A DNA stretch of 63,995 bases, the filler included, from Lama guanicoe (lineage: Eukaryota), in the NCBI GenBank assembly GCA_013239625.1. It is 199 parts of 199 records of this genome, joined end to end, with 100 filler letters (N's around TTAATTAATTAA, not from the genome) between each part and the next. Parts side by side here need not be neighbours in the genome. Positions count along the whole stretch, not along the records: positions 12,559 to 12,780 come from PNXV01041124.1; positions 12,881 to 13,102 come from PNXV01041125.1; positions 13,203 to 13,424 come from PNXV01041126.1; positions 13,525 to 13,746 come from PNXV01041127.1; positions 13,847 to 14,068 come from PNXV01041128.1; positions 14,169 to 14,390 come from PNXV01041129.1; positions 14,491 to 14,712 come from PNXV01041130.1; positions 14,813 to 15,034 come from PNXV01041131.1; 191 more parts are not named here. One strand, 5' to 3'. The translations under genes were made by a program, and so were the position numbers. The notes under the pieces are model-generated. The model was given only the letters and a program-made list of their open reading frames with translations, ran no database searches and was not told the origin of the DNA. This document shows positions 12,459 to 24,694 of this stretch, piece by piece. How positions within the stretch are numbered: the first letter of the stretch is position 1; each line of letters begins with the position of its first letter.

Positions 12459-15400
12459 NNNNNNNNNNNNNNNNNNNNNNNNNNNNNNNNNNNNNNNNNN
12501 NNTTAATTAATTAANNNNNNNNNNNNNNNNNNNNNNNNNNNNNNNNNNNNNNNNNNNNTGCTCAAAGTATTAAGCTTTAATAATGAGAAAATTTACTCGT
12601 TAGAAACATGGTATCCTCCAGGAATGTTATGTAAGCCCGGCAAAGAAATCATAATGAATAAAAAAAAAATCATAATCAACCTCTTTGAAAGCTTACTCCC
12701 TTCCGGGCTCTGTTTGGAAGACTTTACATACTTGTCTTGTGGCATTCTTACAGTAACCTGTGAGGCACTACTGTTTCTTTNNNNNNNNNNNNNNNNNNNN
12801 NNNNNNNNNNNNNNNNNNNNNNNNTTAATTAATTAANNNNNNNNNNNNNNNNNNNNNNNNNNNNNNNNNNNNNNNNNNNNAACTTGCTGGTACTCCACTG
12901 CAGAGCAGGAAGATCCCAGCAGCTAGAAGCTATAGACAATCCACCTGTGCTGTGAGCTATGGAACAGGGGAAGGATGGTGGTCAGACTGGACCTAGATAT
13001 CCCCTATCAGGAAACTGAGTAGTGGGAGAATCTTGTAGGTCCTCAAGAACCTACAGGAGTGTGACATGTGAGTACTCATTTATGTAACCTGAATATTCCA
13101 CCNNNNNNNNNNNNNNNNNNNNNNNNNNNNNNNNNNNNNNNNNNNNTTAATTAATTAANNNNNNNNNNNNNNNNNNNNNNNNNNNNNNNNNNNNNNNNNN
13201 NNTAAATACAGCAAATCTTCCCACATGAATCTACACATTCCATGTAACTGTTTTGAAATACCAGCTGAAGGCTTGAGTGATCTTCACTTCATTCTAAGAC
13301 GTCTAGATGCCATTGTGTCTGAAACTGCCGAGTCTGGTTTGAAAGAGAAGGGCTCAGGGCTGGTGGTGGTGGCCGCCGTTGGGTGGAGCCATCTGGAAAG
13401 GCAGTGGATTCCTTTTCACGGCCGNNNNNNNNNNNNNNNNNNNNNNNNNNNNNNNNNNNNNNNNNNNNTTAATTAATTAANNNNNNNNNNNNNNNNNNNN
13501 NNNNNNNNNNNNNNNNNNNNNNNNAAAGGAGGCAGGCACTTGGCCCTGCCCTGGATGAGTTTACCACATGGAGGCAGGAAGCTAAGGAGAGGTCAAGTGA
13601 GCCTGCCCGCAGGAGCTGGCCCTTAATGATTTAACTCTGCCCACTAGCAAAGAGAACCCAGCGTTGGGCCTCACCAGAAAAGCTGGCTCTGCCCACCTGA
13701 GCAGAGTGGGTGAGAGTGGAGAGAGGAAATGGAAGCAACACTCTCCNNNNNNNNNNNNNNNNNNNNNNNNNNNNNNNNNNNNNNNNNNNNTTAATTAATT
13801 AANNNNNNNNNNNNNNNNNNNNNNNNNNNNNNNNNNNNNNNNNNNNCAGAAGGCTGGGTGCCAGGCAAGGGGTAAGAGCGAACAGATTATCTAATCGCAT
13901 CATAACCAGAATAATGACCCATACACCCGACCCTGATATTTCAACCCCTGTAAAAACTCGGCAGACTCTCCGCCTCCACGCTTCACTCCCCTCGACCACG
14001 GCAGGGACATCGACACAGTCCCTGTCTGCTCTCACAGGGGCTGGACACAACCTTTTCTAAGCCATAAANNNNNNNNNNNNNNNNNNNNNNNNNNNNNNNN
14101 NNNNNNNNNNNNTTAATTAATTAANNNNNNNNNNNNNNNNNNNNNNNNNNNNNNNNNNNNNNNNNNNNGACGGTCCTCGCAACACCCAGCCCAAGACGCA
14201 GACCAGCAGCTGGGGGCAGGGCCAGGCTGCCCAAGCCGGGCAGAGGACGGGGCGGCTGCACGGAGGCAGCCCCGGGGGACTGCAGGGGGCTGCGCGCCAT
14301 GGCTGTGGGTGCACAGGGCAGAACAGCCTGGGCCCTCCATGAAACAACAAGGCTGATGTGCCCTGGGGGGAAGGGTGCATACCCCCATCTNNNNNNNNNN
14401 NNNNNNNNNNNNNNNNNNNNNNNNNNNNNNNNNNTTAATTAATTAANNNNNNNNNNNNNNNNNNNNNNNNNNNNNNNNNNNNNNNNNNNNAGTGTGCAAA
14501 GCTGAAGTAAGGCATGTGAAAACATGGAGTACAGTGTTTACAAGCTTTGATTCTGTCGCAGTACACACGTATACATATACACATTTCCTATTCTTCATTT
14601 TCATGGAGGTCATGGCGGCAGTGATTAATTCAGTCATAAGAAACATACATTTAAACAAAATTTATGAGCCTACTGTGGACTGTGTGCTGGCCAGGTACTG
14701 GAGAGATGCAGANNNNNNNNNNNNNNNNNNNNNNNNNNNNNNNNNNNNNNNNNNNNTTAATTAATTAANNNNNNNNNNNNNNNNNNNNNNNNNNNNNNNN
14801 NNNNNNNNNNNNTTAACCAGCTGAATGGATTGGTCCTTATTTATGATGAGATCTCTGTTAAGAAAGACTCAGAAGCAAATCCAGATCAATAGAGATGACT
14901 AAATTATTTCTGATAAAATGAGCCAATTTTGTCCAATGAAGAAAATTATTGTAGATTTTAAAATTCAACTACAAATCTGACCTGAGTTGCAGTATTGCAT
15001 GCACTACATAAAATGGAAGGTTGATTCAAATATCNNNNNNNNNNNNNNNNNNNNNNNNNNNNNNNNNNNNNNNNNNNNTTAATTAATTAANNNNNNNNNN
15101 NNNNNNNNNNNNNNNNNNNNNNNNNNNNNNNNNNTCAGGGGTGGAAGAGAATTAAAAAAATACAAATATACATTTGAAGAATGACCCAACAGAATTTTTG
15201 ATCAAGTAGATTTAAGGGAAATAAATAAATACATACCTACATACAGAAATTATCCTAGATTTCTGGCTTTGGTAACTATGAAGATTGGAGAAAACAGAAA
15301 CATAACTTGTAGAAGTCGTCTAACTAGGCAATCTTTAAAAGTGTTATTTAGTATGTNNNNNNNNNNNNNNNNNNNNNNNNNNNNNNNNNNNNNNNNNNNN

Positions 15401-15509
15401 TTAATTAATTAANNNNNNNNNNNNNNNNNNNNNNNNNNNNNNNNNNNNNNNNNNNNAACATAATGAGTACAAAAAAGACAGCCTACTCTACAAATAGCTA
15501 AAACTGTAT

Positions 15510-15672
15510 TCTAAGTGCTTACCATTTGTTAAACTGTTTAATTCCCACAAAACCCTTATTAATGAGGTAATGTTTTCATTCCATTTAACGGATGAGAAAA
15601 CCGAAGAACAGAAATGTTGAGAAACTTGACTGATGACACATGATTAGTATGTTTTTGAAACTGGGCTTTAAG
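15510..15672 (-). mobile_element. MIR SINE
   Basis: tttaattcccacaaaaccct...gaggt...ccatttaacggatgagaaaaccgaag...aacttg...acacatgattagt, the antisense MIR core. Confidence 0.7.
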
Positions 15673-15781
15673 GTAAGGNNNNNNNNNNNNNNNNNNNNNN
15701 NNNNNNNNNNNNNNNNNNNNNNTTAATTAATTAANNNNNNNNNNNNNNNNNNNNNNNNNNNNNNNNNNNNNNNNNNNNGGT

Positions 15782-15908
15782 GATTGGAAAATTGGTGACA
15801 AGGAAGTCTGGGGAAGAGGGATGTAGGCAAACCTCTCTAAAGGGAGCCAGCCACCTGGTGGCGGGTTGATTACATTGGACAGTTTCCTCATGGAAGGGAC
15901 AGAGTTTG
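15782..15908 (+). mobile_element. ERVL pol remnant (RNase H piece fused to integrase piece)
   Basis: DWKIGDKEVWGRGM* followed directly by PATWWRVDYIG..WKGQ. Both are hallmark ERV-L pol motifs, here with stops and frameshifts. Confidence 0.85.
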
Positions 15909-17808
15909 AGCAGACCATGGCTATAGATGAGGCTGGGCCCCTGCGCTAGTACCAGCCCACTAGTGTGCACAGATGGCTCCTGGGCATTCTTGTGGGTGTG
16001 NNNNNNNNNNNNNNNNNNNNNNNNNNNNNNNNNNNNNNNNNNNNTTAATTAATTAANNNNNNNNNNNNNNNNNNNNNNNNNNNNNNNNNNNNNNNNNNNN
16101 AATGAAATGAAAAAGGAGACTGGAAGGAAAGGGGTTCTAGGTCTGGAGGAGAAGACCCAGCAGCCTCCTCCCCGGGAATTCCTGGGAGTTTGGGGCTGCG
16201 GGTTTCCGAAAGGGTTTGGTGTGGCTGCCTGCCCCGGGGGTATGGGGACGGGTCCCTCCCACAGCCGTGGAGCCGCGAGCTAGGGAGGGGAGGGGCCCTT
16301 GGTTTCGGAGTAGGCAGGAGGGNNNNNNNNNNNNNNNNNNNNNNNNNNNNNNNNNNNNNNNNNNNNTTAATTAATTAANNNNNNNNNNNNNNNNNNNNNN
16401 NNNNNNNNNNNNNNNNNNNNNNGGAGTGGTGACTTCAGTGCAAACCACGATGCCCTGGTCCCATTTATCCCTTGGGACAGAGGGAAGAGAAGGCAGGAAG
16501 CCTTAGACCCTGTCTGTTTACTCAGGTTATCCTGTGTCCAGGGTCCCAAGACCTCAGGCCACAGTTTTTGTCACTAAAAAGACTTCTAAGATCCTAGAGA
16601 TTCAACCTTGTCACTGTGATTTCCTTCAGGAGACAGCAGAGCCANNNNNNNNNNNNNNNNNNNNNNNNNNNNNNNNNNNNNNNNNNNNTTAATTAATTAA
16701 NNNNNNNNNNNNNNNNNNNNNNNNNNNNNNNNNNNNNNNNNNNNTCTTACAGTTCAGGAAGTCGGGGCTTGTGGCTCAGGGCTGAGGTCCCACGGCACCT
16801 GCTCTGGGTCCCTAGGCCGCCCAGCGAGGGTCTGACCAGTGACACCGGTCATCCATCCCTGTCTCTCCAGTTCCCGGGGCTCCCACTCTGCTCAGAGGAC
16901 AGTATTTTTATTGTCGTTGCTGCTGCTGCTGCTGTGATTCTCATAATAACCACACCCCAGCAACAGNNNNNNNNNNNNNNNNNNNNNNNNNNNNNNNNNN
17001 NNNNNNNNNNTTAATTAATTAANNNNNNNNNNNNNNNNNNNNNNNNNNNNNNNNNNNNNNNNNNNNTTTTAATAACATTCTTAGCAGCAAATGCTGTTGC
17101 CCAGGCTTCAGCCGCACGGGGAGTGGGAAGTGATCAGCGGGGTTTCGGATGCCCAGCCCGAGGGCTTGTGTGAGGAGGTGGTGCCTCTTGGCTGCCTTGA
17201 ATGCCCTGCCCCGTGTGGGAGAGCTGGCTCAGGAGGAGAAACTGCCGCCCGTTCCCCCTGTCATGGGCAACAGATGTGTTTGCCTTAANNNNNNNNNNNN
17301 NNNNNNNNNNNNNNNNNNNNNNNNNNNNNNNNTTAATTAATTAANNNNNNNNNNNNNNNNNNNNNNNNNNNNNNNNNNNNNNNNNNNNGGTTTCTGACTT
17401 TTCAGTCCACATGCTTGTATTTGATTGTGGCTTACCCTGGTTCTTGGGTATTGTGAAATCACTTTACACCAACAATAAACCTTCATTTATTACTTCAGAA
17501 AGTTTGAGTGGGCTTCTGTTCAAAAGATTAAAAAAAAAAAAAGAACCTTGAATAGAAAAATTTCTTGGATTTGCATAAGTGAGAAAATTGGAGTAAGATA
17601 TTTCATATGGNNNNNNNNNNNNNNNNNNNNNNNNNNNNNNNNNNNNNNNNNNNNTTAATTAATTAANNNNNNNNNNNNNNNNNNNNNNNNNNNNNNNNNN
17701 NNNNNNNNNNCTACCCTCCTACTCACTTCCATTGCTACTTTAGTTCATTTTCTAAGAATGGAACCTATGCAATATAACCGCATTGCTTTATAAACCACTT
17801 TTACACAG

Positions 17809-17910
17809 CTTTCGAAATACACTGTTTTGATTCAAACACAAAACTTGCTTTACACATACACTGCTTTGTTTTATGATGAAGTGTCAAATTTAAGGACTTC
17901 CTGGAGAAGG
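17809..17910 (+). CDS. Candidate 102-bp exon, gene unidentified (may be non-coding)
   Basis: ttttacacAG|CTT...AGG|GTAAGT, a consensus donor. Only one frame is open: LSKYTVLIQTQNLLYTYTALFYDEVSNLRTSWRR. Confidence 0.3.
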
Positions 17911-19981
17911 GTAAGTAAATGTTATCAGGGAANNNNNNNNNNNNNNNNNNNNNNNNNNNNNNNNNNNNNNNNNNNNTTAATTAATTAANNNNNNNNNNNN
18001 NNNNNNNNNNNNNNNNNNNNNNNNNNNNNNNNCTCATTAAGCAACCTTCTGATTATAATCTGACTTCTCAGGAAAAATACGCTGACCAGCCAGCGTGTGT
18101 GTCTGTTCTGCTTGGAAATTATAATTTATCTCATTAAATCAATGTAAAGATATTCTGATTTATCCACATCTCTGGCTTTTGACTTTGATTAGCATAGTCC
18201 CACCCCAACTCATTCTGTGTGCCTTGACGGCGTCTAGTATCTGAGCCTGTAACANNNNNNNNNNNNNNNNNNNNNNNNNNNNNNNNNNNNNNNNNNNNTT
18301 AATTAATTAANNNNNNNNNNNNNNNNNNNNNNNNNNNNNNNNNNNNNNNNNNNNTTTTTTAAGATTCATATTTTGTTTCAGAAACAGGCTATTCTTTCTG
18401 ATTGCTGCTTTGGGTTTTAAAACCAATATTGGCATTAGCAGAAAAGTAAAGCAAGTTATAAAAGCAGAAACAACGCAGGCTGTCTTTACACAGCACCTCA
18501 GAGAAAGTTTCCCAGGAAGTCATTCACGTAACTTGAAATGTATTTTTGTCTCTGATGTTCTGATATGCGACCTATANNNNNNNNNNNNNNNNNNNNNNNN
18601 NNNNNNNNNNNNNNNNNNNNTTAATTAATTAANNNNNNNNNNNNNNNNNNNNNNNNNNNNNNNNNNNNNNNNNNNNATTGGGGGCCTGCCCTGGATGCTC
18701 TGCTCTGGTCATCTTGCTCCCATCTACCACATGGCCTGGCGTAGTGGTGGCCTCTGCTGCCCCAGGTTCACGGGGTGCTGGGTACAGGTCAGCCTGGTGC
18801 TAGGAGGCAGGCGCGATGCAGTCAGTGTCGGTGGGGGGATGACAGCAGCGACAGCGGGAAGTGGGAGCAAATCCCCGGGCTCACACGGGGTGACCTTGNN
18901 NNNNNNNNNNNNNNNNNNNNNNNNNNNNNNNNNNNNNNNNNNTTAATTAATTAANNNNNNNNNNNNNNNNNNNNNNNNNNNNNNNNNNNNNNNNNNNNTC
19001 TCACCATCCACCGGAGCAGAGGGTCCGGCCCTGAGCCTACGCTTGGCCTGAACTCTGGCTCTTTCTTAGCCATAGTGGGACGGTTTTCAATCACCAAAGA
19101 AATCACTGTCACATTTTCCTCGGCCCTATGATTTCCTTCTTCTTCACCCTCAAGGCATCAGTTGGCATCAGCACAGATAACCGAGTTTGTCTTAGAACAC
19201 AGCATGTAACTGCAGAGAATNNNNNNNNNNNNNNNNNNNNNNNNNNNNNNNNNNNNNNNNNNNNTTAATTAATTAANNNNNNNNNNNNNNNNNNNNNNNN
19301 NNNNNNNNNNNNNNNNNNNNTCCAGTAACCAGGAAAAACTAAATGGGGCAAATGTCCCCGTTTTAATTAGGGTGTAGGCTAAACTGATGAGGCGAGCACT
19401 CAACCACTGTACTCATAGGGTAGAAGTCTGTCTTCCTCTTAAGCAAAGGCAGGAGGCCAGGAAGAGGTGGTCTGGGCCACGGGATCAACCAGGGACTCAA
19501 ATGCCTTCTGTCTGTTGCTCCACTGTCCTGTGGAGTTTTGCCNNNNNNNNNNNNNNNNNNNNNNNNNNNNNNNNNNNNNNNNNNNNTTAATTAATTAANN
19601 NNNNNNNNNNNNNNNNNNNNNNNNNNNNNNNNNNNNNNNNNNGGATTAAAAACAAATGGAACTTTTAAAATAGGAACAGAGAGAGAAAATTTTCTCAGCC
19701 TTAAGAGGAGCTGACAAATGTGCCTGAGCACAGAGTTTGACTCTTTATTTTCTATAAGCTAATCAAATTGGCAAAACGGGCTCTGTTTCATAGACCTACA
19801 TAAATCTATTTGCGGGGACGTGTTTTCCTAGAGATTTTCTAAATTTCCCTAGCATTTACTCTGTNNNNNNNNNNNNNNNNNNNNNNNNNNNNNNNNNNNN
19901 NNNNNNNNTTAATTAATTAANNNNNNNNNNNNNNNNNNNNNNNNNNNNNNNNNNNNNNNNNNNNATCCTCAGTGTAGCCAC

Positions 19982-20186
19982 TGTATCCGTTGCTGGGGTC
20001 TACCACAGCCCAGAACTGCTAACGAGGTGGCGTAAACAAGAGAACCTTGCTGTCTGTCAGTTCTGGGGGCTAGAAGTCTGAAATCAAAGTGTCAGCAGGG
20101 CTGGTTTCTTCTGAAGACTGAGCCAGGATCTGTTCTATTCCTCCCTCCTAGCTCCCGGCAGCCTCAGACACTTTTTGACTTATCAG
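19982..20186 (-). mobile_element. MLT1B/C-like MaLR LTR
   Basis: ggtggcgtaaacaa...cagttctgggggctagaagtctgaaatcaaagtgtcagcagggctggtttcttctgaagactg. Confidence 0.8.
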
Positions 20187-21092
20187 NNNNNNNNNNNNNN
20201 NNNNNNNNNNNNNNNNNNNNNNNNNNNNNNTTAATTAATTAANNNNNNNNNNNNNNNNNNNNNNNNNNNNNNNNNNNNNNNNNNNNCTAGTTGACACATC
20301 ATTTTTTGACCTAACCAAGTAAACTTTAAACGTGCACTTCTCATATTTTTCATGCATATTTAATCAACCTAAGTGATTTTTTCATCTGCTTTATCTCCTC
20401 TCCACTCCCAGTGCAAGCATTATTGTTCTGATGCTCACTGTCTCTTATCAGGACAATTAAAATAAACCTTTAACTTCTATTTATGAGCTAATCAATAGCA
20501 AATATTTTNNNNNNNNNNNNNNNNNNNNNNNNNNNNNNNNNNNNNNNNNNNNTTAATTAATTAANNNNNNNNNNNNNNNNNNNNNNNNNNNNNNNNNNNN
20601 NNNNNNNNTCTTCTTGTTCATGAGTGAAAATATCCTCAGAAAGACAGAGCTCAAGGTGTAATCATTTCAGCAGGCTACTAAGAAATTTGCCGCAGGTAAA
20701 ACAAGACAAATCACGTTCACCGTGATTTCCCCGGTACTGCCCACCGTTGCGCACTGGAAACATCCAAACAGTCCCGCAGGCCTGAGTACTTCTTTTTGGA
20801 AGAAGGAACTGGACGCACACAATCCAGTCANNNNNNNNNNNNNNNNNNNNNNNNNNNNNNNNNNNNNNNNNNNNTTAATTAATTAANNNNNNNNNNNNNN
20901 NNNNNNNNNNNNNNNNNNNNNNNNNNNNNNCGGATCATCTGAAGAAAGGGTCAGTTTAAAGTCACTGTACTATGTCATGACTGAGACAACAGTACCTTCA
21001 GATCAGCCAGAACAGGGGCTGCCAAGATGCAAACAGGGGAAAATGAAAACACCCAAGGGCAAATCTCAACGTCAACAGGGAAGTTCTCTCAC

Positions 21093-21152
21093 CCACGGAC
21101 AGTAGGTTCCTGCAGGTCTCCAACATCACGTCCCTGTACAAGGTCCTCTGAG
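21093..21152 (-). CDS. 3' end of a KRAB-A box exon (KRAB zinc-finger gene or pseudogene)
   Basis: Translates QRTLYRDVMLETCRNLLSV-G|GTGAG, the KRAB-A signature with the canonical phase-1 donor. Confidence 0.92.
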
Positions 21153-23599
21153 NNNNNNNNNNNNNNNNNNNNNNNNNNNNNNNNNNNNNNNNNNNNTTAA
21201 TTAATTAANNNNNNNNNNNNNNNNNNNNNNNNNNNNNNNNNNNNNNNNNNNNTATTGCAAATGTAGTTTTGTATTTAATCTCTTTTACGATGGAAAGGTC
21301 CTGACTGCCCTGGGACAAATAGTTATTTACCCTGTTGGCTGCAACTTTTCTTAAGAGCATGTTTAACAAGGGGAAAAAAACATAGGCGTTTAGGCAGATA
21401 AAGTTAATCCATCCTCTATAGCGACCCCACAACAATCAATTCTGTTGTAAGGATTGTGATAACACTTACAATGGNNNNNNNNNNNNNNNNNNNNNNNNNN
21501 NNNNNNNNNNNNNNNNNNTTAATTAATTAANNNNNNNNNNNNNNNNNNNNNNNNNNNNNNNNNNNNNNNNNNNNCAGGCCAGAGAGTCCGCCGTGACTGG
21601 CGGCCGTCGCTGAGCGTGAGAGCGGCTGCTGGAGGTCCGGCAGGTGAAGGGACCTTGGTGGCTGGTCACCGCCTGGCCTCATCTCTGATCCTGAGTCTCT
21701 GAGGAATCCGTGTGGGGGAGGCCGAAAGCTGTGAGCAGATGTGGGGCTCGGAGAGGAGGTGGGCAATGCTTGGGCTTGGCCTGAAGCCCGCAGTGANNNN
21801 NNNNNNNNNNNNNNNNNNNNNNNNNNNNNNNNNNNNNNNNTTAATTAATTAANNNNNNNNNNNNNNNNNNNNNNNNNNNNNNNNNNNNNNNNNNNNAGCA
21901 GGGGGGTTTACACACCGTCTCTTGAGAATCCTGGCTTGAGGGCTGGGCCGACAATGGCCTGGCACTTCTGACCTGCTTCTGAGGGCCAGGAGGCCTTCCC
22001 AAGTTTTAGATAAAGGCCACAGACACAGAGATACAGACACTGGGGTTTGAAGCTGGTTGTCACATACTGTAATAATAAGGCAGGGCGCTGACAGCATCTG
22101 TTGCAGTTTTTGTCACTANNNNNNNNNNNNNNNNNNNNNNNNNNNNNNNNNNNNNNNNNNNNTTAATTAATTAANNNNNNNNNNNNNNNNNNNNNNNNNN
22201 NNNNNNNNNNNNNNNNNNGGGGCAGCGGCTGGACCCCACCTCCTGCATCTCCTGAGAGTCTCTTCCTCCAGTTCTGTGAAACCCTGAGCTTGGTTTCCAT
22301 ACAATTGCGTGATGGAGTGCACCAGCTTTTCTGCCAGTCACTTGTATCATCCAAATGGAAGACCTGGAGGCAACTAGAGACCAGTGGGTGCTCCAGAGAA
22401 AGACAGATGCAGGATTAAGTTCATTCTCATGGGTTCCCTCNNNNNNNNNNNNNNNNNNNNNNNNNNNNNNNNNNNNNNNNNNNNTTAATTAATTAANNNN
22501 NNNNNNNNNNNNNNNNNNNNNNNNNNNNNNNNNNNNNNNNCTGCCTTCCCTACGCCATGACTCACTGTAAGTAAGAATTTTGATACATCGCTCGTTCTTG
22601 CCAAGACCCTCTCCACCAGGGTCGGGGGAACAGTCTGTTCCATAATCACCTGGAGGTCTATTATACATACCTTTAAAAATGAACATATTCAGATATTAGT
22701 TTGGATTCAGAACGTCACATCCAAGGGAATTGGAGCAGTGTAGCAGAAGGAAGCCCAGCTTTNNNNNNNNNNNNNNNNNNNNNNNNNNNNNNNNNNNNNN
22801 NNNNNNTTAATTAATTAANNNNNNNNNNNNNNNNNNNNNNNNNNNNNNNNNNNNNNNNNNNNGGATTCCAGGAGCCTGGCCTGATGTGTGGGAAAGGAAA
22901 GTGAGTGTGGGAGGCAGGAAAGGAAAGCTGGGACGGGGCAGCGGGGACAGGTGGGGAGCACAGGAGAATGCTAAGGCAGCCGCTGCCTTGGCCAGCGAGC
23001 ACGTGTGGAGAGGCGCCCCAGCTACTCCACTTCCCTGGTCAGGGTGTTCTTTAAGCTGGGAGCGTAGAACGGAAGCTCTTAAAGNNNNNNNNNNNNNNNN
23101 NNNNNNNNNNNNNNNNNNNNNNNNNNNNTTAATTAATTAANNNNNNNNNNNNNNNNNNNNNNNNNNNNNNNNNNNNNNNNNNNNCAGGGAAGATATTGTC
23201 ATTGATTTGATGTAATAGATTGTTGGTAAGAGAGTTTTCAACTTAATTCCCCCAGTGGTAACAATCTCGATGTGATTAAAGCGAAATTCACTTCCGGTTT
23301 TAGAAGAAAATAATTTTGAGCAACAGGAATTGGGTTGACTTGTTTGAAAGGTGAAAGACAGGCAACTTAGTTCTTTGGAATAATGTTTAAGGTATAGAAG
23401 GCAACTNNNNNNNNNNNNNNNNNNNNNNNNNNNNNNNNNNNNNNNNNNNNTTAATTAATTAANNNNNNNNNNNNNNNNNNNNNNNNNNNNNNNNNNNNNN
23501 NNNNNNCCAGCCTCTGCTTATCACTCTGACGCTATCTGCCTCTTGCCAGCTCTTTGACTGAGCTATCATCACACTGACTTTGTAGATAATCAAAGATAT

Positions 23600-23728
23600 C
23601 TGTCTCAGGGCCTTTGCACTTGCTTTCCCCTGGGACTGAAACCATCCTTGCCAGTCTTCAGTGACCAGACCAGCTCCCTCTTGTCCTACATCTCAGCTGA
23701 AATGCTCCTTCGGCCAACAGACCTTTAG
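23600..23728 (+). mobile_element. LINE-2 fragment
   Basis: tctcagggcctttgcacttgctttcccct...cagctccctcttgtcctacatctcagctgaaatg. Confidence 0.7.
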
Positions 23729-24472
23729 NNNNNNNNNNNNNNNNNNNNNNNNNNNNNNNNNNNNNNNNNNNNTTAATTAATTAANNNNNNNNNNNNNNNN
23801 NNNNNNNNNNNNNNNNNNNNNNNNNNNNTATGTTGTATATCCGATACATGCATATGATAGGAAAAGATTTTTCAGTGAAAAATGTGAATGAATGCTTTCA
23901 GATTTTGTTAAGACCTGTACATGCAGAGCAGCAGTGGAGGGCAGCGGTCACTGACTGCAGCCGCGTTTCACCTTGTTTCCAGCATTCTTCATGCCCCTCC
24001 CCACTAAGATAAAGGTGACCTTTAAGCCGCTGAAAAACTTAGGAATGTATNNNNNNNNNNNNNNNNNNNNNNNNNNNNNNNNNNNNNNNNNNNNTTAATT
24101 AATTAANNNNNNNNNNNNNNNNNNNNNNNNNNNNNNNNNNNNNNNNNNNNGCCCTTGCCAGCCCCCGTCAGAGCAGAGGGGGATTCACCTTCCACAAGCC
24201 GCTGTCACTTCCTTCGTAATTCCCTCACTGCGCTGCTGTGGTTTGGAATCCCTCCCCTGCTCCCCAGCCCTTGTGGCTCCACGCAGCCTGCGCTCAGGCA
24301 TCTCAGCCCAGAACTGCCTGGCCGGCCGTTTGGAGTGTCCGGACAGTAGCGAGTGCTGGGTTAGGGCTTCCTNNNNNNNNNNNNNNNNNNNNNNNNNNNN
24401 NNNNNNNNNNNNNNNNTTAATTAATTAANNNNNNNNNNNNNNNNNNNNNNNNNNNNNNNNNNNNNNNNNNNN

Positions 24473-24694
24473 TTCATGTTGTCCATGTTGTTCATTCTTT
24501 CACATGACTCAATGACATTCATCGTATATAAGTACCACATCTTTATGCATTCATCCACTGATGGACACGTAGGTTGTTCCCAGTTCTTGGCTATTGTGAA
24601 TAATGCTGAAATAATCAAGGGAGAGCAGCTATCCATTTGATATCCCGTTTTCGTTTCCTTTAGGTACATATCCAGAAGTAAGATTGGTGGATCA
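24473..24694 (-). mobile_element. LINE-1 ORF2 C-terminal fragment (older L1M)
   Basis: Translates ..SALFTIAKNWEQPTCPSVDECIKMWYLYTM. Confidence 0.9.

Noticed and set aside
20609..20830. Minus-strand KKYSGLRDCL resembling an SLC25 carrier motif
   Set aside because: The frame is bounded by stops on both sides and has no other carrier signature.
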